A DNA stretch of 64,000 nt from a virus, in IMG/VR virus record IMGVR_UViG_3300018080_000123, positions 1 to 64,000 of that record. One strand, given 5' to 3'. The notes under the pieces were generated by a model. The model was not told the origin of the DNA, searched no databases, and saw only the letters and a program-made list of their open reading frames with translations. This document shows positions 58,268 through 64,000 of the stretch, in pieces (within the stretch, counting starts at the first letter, position 1; each line of letters starts with the position of its first letter). The translations under genes were made by a program, and so were the position numbers.

Positions 58268-59484
58268 TAGTATTTAGATTTCATTTGCTCTTTTTCTGTT
58301 TTTTTTCCAATCTTAGCTACAAAAGCCTGATTGCGTTTCTCTTTTCGCTCTTTCATACGTTCCCCGAACTTCTTATCGGCCTCTTCTCCTTCTTTCCTTT
58401 TCGCTGTGACCTTACCTACGGCTGCTTGATTGCGTTTTTCTTTACGGGCTTTCATACGTTCGGCGAACTTCTTATCCCAATCTTCGCTCTCTTTTCGCTT
58501 TGAAGTAATCTTACCTAAAGCAGCCTGATTGCGAGACTCTTTTCCCGACTCATAAATTGGCTTACCGCTCTTTGTGCGACCAACAATTCTGCCACCTTTT
58601 GAGCCCTCTCCGCCAGCCTTCTTCAGTTTTGACTGTTTACGGGCTCTAAGCTCAGTCAACACCGCCCGCTTCGTGGTATCATCGAGCCCTCGAAGCACTT
58701 CATTTACTTTTGCTCCCGGGCTTATGATCTTATCAACAAGTTTACTAACGTCGCCATCTGTCTTCTTCATGCTCTTGCGATTTGTTGTTCCTCCAATCGA
58801 TGCCCGACATACTGCATAAGGATTAACGCCTGGGCTCTCCTTTTTAACCTCTTTTACACAACGCTTTTCTTTTGGCGTACAACCCTTATTGAGATACTTT
58901 CTTGCCACATTAAGGATCTTCTCAAGCTTATCTTTATCAATCTCAACATATTCATCTTCGCCATCGTCAGTTGATTTACGCATACATTTCTTTGCGTCTT
59001 TTTGACCTTCTTTCAAGAGTTTTTCTTTTCCATCTTTTCCTTCGCCCATAAAGCTCTTTTTATCTTTTGAAAGCTTTTTGTGCTCTTTCTCAATAGCCGA
59101 AACTCTATCACTTAATGAACGCATTTCCTTATGCTCTTTTTTCTCCTCGCCCTTCGACTCTCCTCCGTCTTTTTTCAATGGCATAAGCTTTGTCTCGCTT
59201 TCTTTTGTCGATGGCTTCTTAGGCTTCTGTTTCTTCGGCTCTAGCTCATCTGATCCGGCTTCTTCGGCAGCTTTCTTATGCCCAACCTGATCAGTAGCTC
59301 GGGAGTCGTGGGGGTGGTGTTCATAGCGAGGCTTTGAATTAATCTCATCAATGTTCTTCGGACGATCTCCTGGAATCATCGCTTTCTTCTCGTCCTCGTG
59401 CCAATAAACATAATTACCGGGTGTACCGGTTCGCTTGGCATATTTCAACTTAGACTGTGATTTATCTTTTTCTTTATCTGTCAT
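58267..59484 (-). CDS. Basic modular head protein
   Basis: KYAKRTGTPGNYVYW, NPYAVC and GEGSKGGRIVGRTKSGKPIY modules; 33-aa tandem repeats. Confidence 0.65.
   Translation of the reverse strand: MTDKEKDKSQSKLKYAKRTGTPGNYVYWHEDEKKAMIPGDRPKNIDEINSKPRYEHHPHDSRATDQVGHKKAAEEAGSDELEPKKQKPKKPSTKESETKLMPLKKDGGESKGEEKKEHKEMRSLSDRVSAIEKEHKKLSKDKKSFMGEGKDGKEKLLKEGQKDAKKCMRKSTDDGEDEYVEIDKDKLEKILNVARKYLNKGCTPKEKRCVKEVKKESPGVNPYAVCRASIGGTTNRKSMKKTDGDVSKLVDKIISPGAKVNEVLRGLDDTTKRAVLTELRARKQSKLKKAGGEGSKGGRIVGRTKSGKPIYESGKESRNQAALGKITSKRKESEDWDKKFAERMKARKEKRNQAAVGKVTAKRKEGEEADKKFGERMKERKEKRNQAFVAKIGKKTEKEQMKSKY
58322..58540 (-). repeat. 99-bp (33-aa) tandem repeat, about 2.3 copies
   Basis: RNQAALGKITSKRKESEDWDKKFAERMKARKEK / RNQAAVGKVTAKRKEGEEADKKFGERMKERKEK / RNQAF. 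Confidence 0.8.
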
Positions 59485-59501
59485 TGTTTAATCCTCTACG
59501 G

Positions 59502-61457
59502 CTATTTCTTTCTGGCTTTTTCAATTTCCGCCTTTTTTAAGCTATGCTTAGCGTCCCAACGCCTAAGAAATTCCTTCTCACTGATGTTATACTTTGTTGG
59601 GTTCTTTTTCTTTGCCTCTTGAAACATCTTAAGAGCAACGCCACGATTACTAGCTATTCTCCCAGGCCCGCGATCGGCAAATGCCTGTCTTTGGATAGCT
59701 CTTGCTGACGTCCCTGGACCGGGCTTACGGCCGCTTCCAGGGCCGCCCTTTTCAAAAAGCTTGGCTCGCTGTTTCTTTTTCTCCTGTTCTTTCTTCCAGC
59801 TTTCTCCGGCTCTATATTCAGAAATCTTTTGTTTAGATTCTATTGCTCTATCAACCTTCTTTCCTTGATCTCGCGCTTGATTAAAATGACTGGTAGCTTT
59901 AACATTTTTTCCTTCTGCGACTGCACTGTGGAAATCGGCTAGATGCTCGTGATATTTTGCTTTCTCTTTAGCAATCCCGCTACCAGAAACAGGAGCTCCT
60001 CCCTCAGTGCGACTTGGCTTAGATCTCTTCTCAGCTGCTTCTGCTTCCTTTCTGTGAGCGGCAGCAGCGTCTTTATGATCCTCTTTCGACCAATCATGAT
60101 GATAGCCTACTGTATACCCGCTGTGACCTTTACCGTGTGAGGAATAAATAGGTTTGCCCGACTTCGTTCTTCCTATTACTTTTCCGCCTCTGGAGCCTTC
60201 TCCTGCTGCTTTATCGAGAGCTTCCGAAATCGCTTCAACGATTACGCTTTTAATGAAATGCTTCCTATCTTCTTTACGCGTAACAATTTTGGGCTTGAAA
60301 TCTTCGCCAGGCTGGGCTTGATGATATTCAACGCGAGAAACATGTTCTTGATATGGAATGTGTAAGCTATTAACTGCTTCTTTAAAACGATTTAAGTGCC
60401 CGGGAGTATGAAATGAGTCTCCATGCTCACTAATTATCTTTCCATGCTCATCTAAAAGTTTTTGAATTTTCTTGTACGTCTCGTTAGCATGGCTTTCGAC
60501 AGCATCTCTACCTGGAGCATTATGTTCGCCCGCTCCTCGCTTTTTTCTTGGAGCCTTATCTTTTGCTCCCATGCGACGGGCCTTTTCGAGGACACTTAAA
60601 AGGGTCATTAAATTACTTTTTTTGACTCTTACTGCGCCCGGTGAAGGGGCGGAGGAGGCGACATCCCCTATCACCGGTTGACTAGCCACTGAAGGACTAG
60701 CCAGGGAAGAATCTTCATCTGTATATCCTAAAAGCTCGCCATCCTCCGACTTAGCAAGGGTTGGATTATCGTCGTAAGTAGAAAGCTCTACTGCTTCACT
60801 GTCCTTTTTCTTTTTCTTCTTTTCGCCATCCTGAATTTTATCTGCCTGACTTGCGCCTTCGGCCTGAATCTTTTCTACCTCACCCTCTCCCACACTTTCA
60901 AGAATACAGGCCTTATCAATTTCTTCAATAGTATCTGAGCACTCATTAACTTCAAACCTCTCAACAGATAAAGATTTGGCAATCTCTGCATAAGTGCTTG
61001 TATTGACTGGATCAAGTGTTAAGGCGACTTTCTCCACTCTCGCCCTTGCAATAACGCTCTTATCAATATCGTCTCGTTTAACAATCTTTCCCTCAATTGA
61101 CATTTGCACTCTGTTCTTATCTGCTTTCTTCAACGAGCGCATAATGTTATAGAAGGCCTGAGCGCGGGGTTGGTGCTTAAAAAGATAGCCCTCAACATAC
61201 AACCCGTTCATTGTGTTTTGGGCATAATCGATCTTACCGAGAACATTTTCTGGGCCCTTTTGATGGTCGTTATTAAAAAGTCCTTTTCCGTTTTTCAACG
61301 GACCAATATCGAGCCCCGACTGCTGAACCACTTCACCTTGTAAATCCTTATCACCTGTGGAAGCAATTCCTTTAATGCGCCATTCGTCTTCGTTCTCGCC
61401 TTTGGCGAGCTCGACGGGCACAAAAAATTTGAAGGTGTCTTGGTCGCTTTTCCCCAT
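59502..61457 (-). CDS. Prohead protease with long modular C-terminal extension
   Basis: IKGIAST..DLQGE, NNDH, MSIEG and VALT..PVN motifs in the first ~165 aa; 651 aa in total. Confidence 0.88.
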   Translation of the reverse strand: MGKSDQDTFKFFVPVELAKGENEDEWRIKGIASTGDKDLQGEVVQQSGLDIGPLKNGKGLFNNDHQKGPENVLGKIDYAQNTMNGLYVEGYLFKHQPRAQAFYNIMRSLKKADKNRVQMSIEGKIVKRDDIDKSVIARARVEKVALTLDPVNTSTYAEIAKSLSVERFEVNECSDTIEEIDKACILESVGEGEVEKIQAEGASQADKIQDGEKKKKKKDSEAVELSTYDDNPTLAKSEDGELLGYTDEDSSLASPSVASQPVIGDVASSAPSPGAVRVKKSNLMTLLSVLEKARRMGAKDKAPRKKRGAGEHNAPGRDAVESHANETYKKIQKLLDEHGKIISEHGDSFHTPGHLNRFKEAVNSLHIPYQEHVSRVEYHQAQPGEDFKPKIVTRKEDRKHFIKSVIVEAISEALDKAAGEGSRGGKVIGRTKSGKPIYSSHGKGHSGYTVGYHHDWSKEDHKDAAAAHRKEAEAAEKRSKPSRTEGGAPVSGSGIAKEKAKYHEHLADFHSAVAEGKNVKATSHFNQARDQGKKVDRAIESKQKISEYRAGESWKKEQEKKKQRAKLFEKGGPGSGRKPGPGTSARAIQRQAFADRGPGRIASNRGVALKMFQEAKKKNPTKYNISEKEFLRRWDAKHSLKKAEIEKARKK

Positions 61458-61503
61458 CGTTTCTCCAGATTTATGAACGGATTTGTAGAGTGGTCAATAT
61501 TTA

Positions 61504-61513
61504 ATTATAGTAT
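61504..61513 (-). promoter_or_regulatory. Putative late-promoter motif ATACTATAAT upstream of the head operon
   Basis: Repeated intergenic 10-mer. Confidence 0.55.
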
Positions 61514-61547
61514 AACATGGGGTATTTTTTAAATTAAATTGTGCAAA

Positions 61548-61880
61548 TTAGTTATCACCAAACTCGCCTAGCTCTTTCATAATCTTGACAATCTGTGTCC
61601 GGAAGTTCTTCTTTGCCTCTTCCTCACGCAAAGCAATATTGTTGATCGATGTTGCCGTCAACTTGGCCACCTCTTCCAATGTATGTTCTCTTCCATTGTC
61701 CAACATATATTTGAAGAAGCAATAGTTGGCCTTTCGATCATCCACATACCAAACACACTCATTCTTGGCACAAGGTAGGACATTAAACCGGCCTGATTTC
61801 ATCTTCTCAGCCTTCCGCCTTCCCATGCTACAAACCCGAGTAGGATACTTATCCAGTTTTCGAGGACATCTCTGATCCAT
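61548..61880 (-). CDS. Cys-rich protein with sigma70 region-4-like HTH
   Basis: HTLEEVAKL..SINNIALREEEAKKNFR; five Cys upstream. Confidence 0.6.
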   Translation of the reverse strand: MDQRCPRKLDKYPTRVCSMGRRKAEKMKSGRFNVLPCAKNECVWYVDDRKANYCFFKYMLDNGREHTLEEVAKLTATSINNIALREEEAKKNFRTQIVKIMKELGEFGDN

Positions 61881-61965
61881 TTGACAAAACCTATAATTTG
61901 TCGGGAATTTATCTGGCCTATTTATGACACATTAATAGACCACTAATGGCCACTAATATCAAGTA

Positions 61966-62238
61966 TTAATGACGGAGCCACCAAAATCTTTGCCCAGCTT
62001 CTTCATTTTGCATAACCCAGCGATCAAGAACATTTTCTCCATCACACTTCTCGCATACGAGAAAATTAATACAGCTTCTAGATACCGCATAAACCCAGCG
62101 CCAAACATCTCCTACCTCAAACCTATGACCACACATATAACATCGAAAACCATCTCCACTCTCTCTCGGTCCCCATTTTGCTTGAACATCTTTTTCTGTT
62201 GCAACTCTAGGCTTCTGATCTACAAAGCTAGTAGTCAT
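61966..62238 (-). CDS. Small Zn-finger protein
   Basis: CYMC..CEKC. Confidence 0.55.
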   Translation of the reverse strand: MTTSFVDQKPRVATEKDVQAKWGPRESGDGFRCYMCGHRFEVGDVWRWVYAVSRSCINFLVCEKCDGENVLDRWVMQNEEAGQRFWWLRH

Positions 62239-62255
62239 TTTTATCTCCTGTATAG

Positions 62256-62522
62256 CTACTCTGCAGCTGACTCTTCTTTTTTCTTCTTCTGTATAACGGG
62301 GTTTTCTTCGTTATAAATAGGCAAACAAGTTCTACACATCCAATATCGTTTATCTCTCGTTTTCCTCGTCTTTCTAGGTTTCCCACATCCATCACATTTG
62401 ATATTGGCTATTGCACGTCTGCGATAGAATCTAATAAGCTCAAATGCTCCTTCTGCAGCTATTCCTGCAAAGAAGATTATCATAAACCATATGGTGTACT
62501 CTATCATAGATTCGGCCGGCAT
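62256..62522 (-). CDS. Membrane-anchored Zn-ribbon protein
   Basis: N-terminal TM helix; CDGC..CRTC. Confidence 0.5.
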   Translation of the reverse strand: MPAESMIEYTIWFMIIFFAGIAAEGAFELIRFYRRRAIANIKCDGCGKPRKTRKTRDKRYWMCRTCLPIYNEENPVIQKKKKEESAAE

Positions 62523-62524
62523 TT

Positions 62525-62797
62525 TTATTTCTTGTAATCCTCTAAGATATGGCCTTTCGTTGCCAGGTAATCTGCAAAACCTGGATCTATTTGTCCAAGC
62601 ACGTATACACTCCCTGACTCAGTTCGGGCTGTCAACCGCTCGGGGTCAAACTCTGTCACATTCGATGTAATGATTCGCTTTCCATTCTCAAAATTTGGAT
62701 TCCCATGAACCTCCCCTGCAAGAGCCCTTCGCCACTGCTCGGGGGCCTTGTACGGATCACCAATTGACACTACAAATGACCAATTCTCTAACTTCAT
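62525..62797 (-). CDS. Conserved phage hypothetical protein
   Basis: LENWS..PYKAPE..GEVHG.P.F.NG..I.TS pattern. Confidence 0.6.
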   Translation of the reverse strand: MKLENWSFVVSIGDPYKAPEQWRRALAGEVHGNPNFENGKRIITSNVTEFDPERLTARTESGSVYVLGQIDPGFADYLATKGHILEDYKK

Positions 62798-63235
62798 CCT
62801 TTTCCCCTCCTAATACTTCTCCGGTAACGTGTCAAGCTCTGGGCTACAGCCACAGCACTGCGTATCCCCACTTAAGGCAAGATCTGTCTTTTCTGACAAA
62901 TTCCTGAGAAATTCAATCAACCCTTTCTTATTAAATTCCAGATCAGCGAGCTCTCCATTATTATAATGAGCTTTAACTAGCCCCTGTTCAATGGCCCAGT
63001 CCCAAATGTTCTGCCCTTCATCTTTTTTATACTTGTTTGTCATCGTCTTTCTCCTTATCATCAAAAGACTCTTGATACGAAATATGAGCAACATGAACGC
63101 CTTCACTATAGAACGTTTTAACGCTTCCTATCACAGCTCCTTTTATCTCAAGAATTTCTACAATTGCCCGCTCCAGCCTATCTTCAAATCCAATATCGTG
63201 CTCATCTCTTACAACTTTAATTCTAAAAACGCGTG

Positions 63236-63907
63236 TCATTTTTCCACTCTCCTCTTATCGATCTTCTCTAAAATCTTACTTTTATCCTCGCAATATTTGT
63301 CCCAGTGTTTGTCACATAGACCTATCTTTCCAAGCTCCGGTACCATTACCCAACATTCCAGCTGCATCTTACAATACTTAACACTACACCTCAGATCTTT
63401 ATCTTCATAATCTTGAAAAAAGCCTTTTTGAGCAGTGCCAGCAAATTCTGCTTCAATGTTTTGCCTATACAATTCTGCCGCTCCCTCCAGCGCATATCCT
63501 CTTTCATATTTGTACTTTCCCTCGTATGCTCTCTCCATCAACTGTTCCCCAACCTTGTCAACATATCTCTCCGCTCTTAATCCAATTTGTTTTGCTACAT
63601 CATATGTCAAAGATCTGTTATGATACCGAGCAAACTTTCTATCTAACTTACACTGCCAGTGTCCAAGCTCATGGAACAGGTGATTTAAAAATCGCTCTAC
63701 ATTCGTAAAACGACCCTTAGAGTCTCTCATGCTAATTTTGATTTCTTTTGTCTCCAGATTGATCATAGCACCGCCGCATGTCGTCCAATCAAAGATCAAT
63801 CCCAGCCCGCTTCTCAAAGCGATATCGATTCCTTTAGCTACATCTGGATGTTTCAAAAATCTATTCACAATCCACCTTTGTGAATCCGCCCGTAAAACTA
63901 ATCGCAT
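63236..63907 (-). CDS. HEXXH zinc metallopeptidase-like protein
   Basis: LFHELGH followed by a downstream E (AERY). Confidence 0.6.
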   Translation of the reverse strand: MRLVLRADSQRWIVNRFLKHPDVAKGIDIALRSGLGLIFDWTTCGGAMINLETKEIKISMRDSKGRFTNVERFLNHLFHELGHWQCKLDRKFARYHNRSLTYDVAKQIGLRAERYVDKVGEQLMERAYEGKYKYERGYALEGAAELYRQNIEAEFAGTAQKGFFQDYEDKDLRCSVKYCKMQLECWVMVPELGKIGLCDKHWDKYCEDKSKILEKIDKRRVEK

Positions 63908-64000
63908 ATCCGAGGCGGCGATCTCTTTCTTTCCTTTTCCAGTTAACTCTCCTCACCTCTCCATATACTCTAAACGTGCTAGGTCCATACCAATTAGGAT

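Noticed and set aside
1-64000. Stop-codon reassignment
   Set aside because: Structural genes are full length in the standard code, TAA, TAG and TGA all end genes, and no suppressor tRNA is present

Overview
The window is 64 kb of a large contractile-tailed (myovirus-type) dsDNA phage genome. Every credible gene is on the minus strand. Read in transcription order (right to left) it contains: (1) small accessory genes and a Cys-rich sigma-region-4-like HTH protein; (2) a head module with an extended prohead protease, two basic modular proteins, a scaffold and a SPO1/Twort-type major capsid protein; (3) a ~14 kb accessory island with a HAD phosphatase, an orphan MbcA/ParS-type antitoxin domain, a C39 peptidase, a PD-(D/E)XK endonuclease overlapping tRNA-Asn, a radical SAM enzyme, PRPP synthetase, a phosphoesterase, lipoproteins and several structured intergenic RNA candidates; (4) paralogous decoration/fibre proteins around a small lysis module; (5) neck, sheath, tube, tape measure and baseplate genes; (6) a giant mosaic tail-fibre ORF of at least 2386 aa that the ORF track missed because it runs off the left edge. 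No terminase or portal gene was recognised. The most notable candidates are head proteins built as polyproteins of small modules separated by hydrophobic-X-K|[SAG] protease sites, an endonuclease whose stop codon lies in a tRNA anticodon loop, a double-pseudoknot RNA, and a ParS-like antitoxin near a phage copy of Prs. All family assignments come from recognising motifs by eye; no searches were run.
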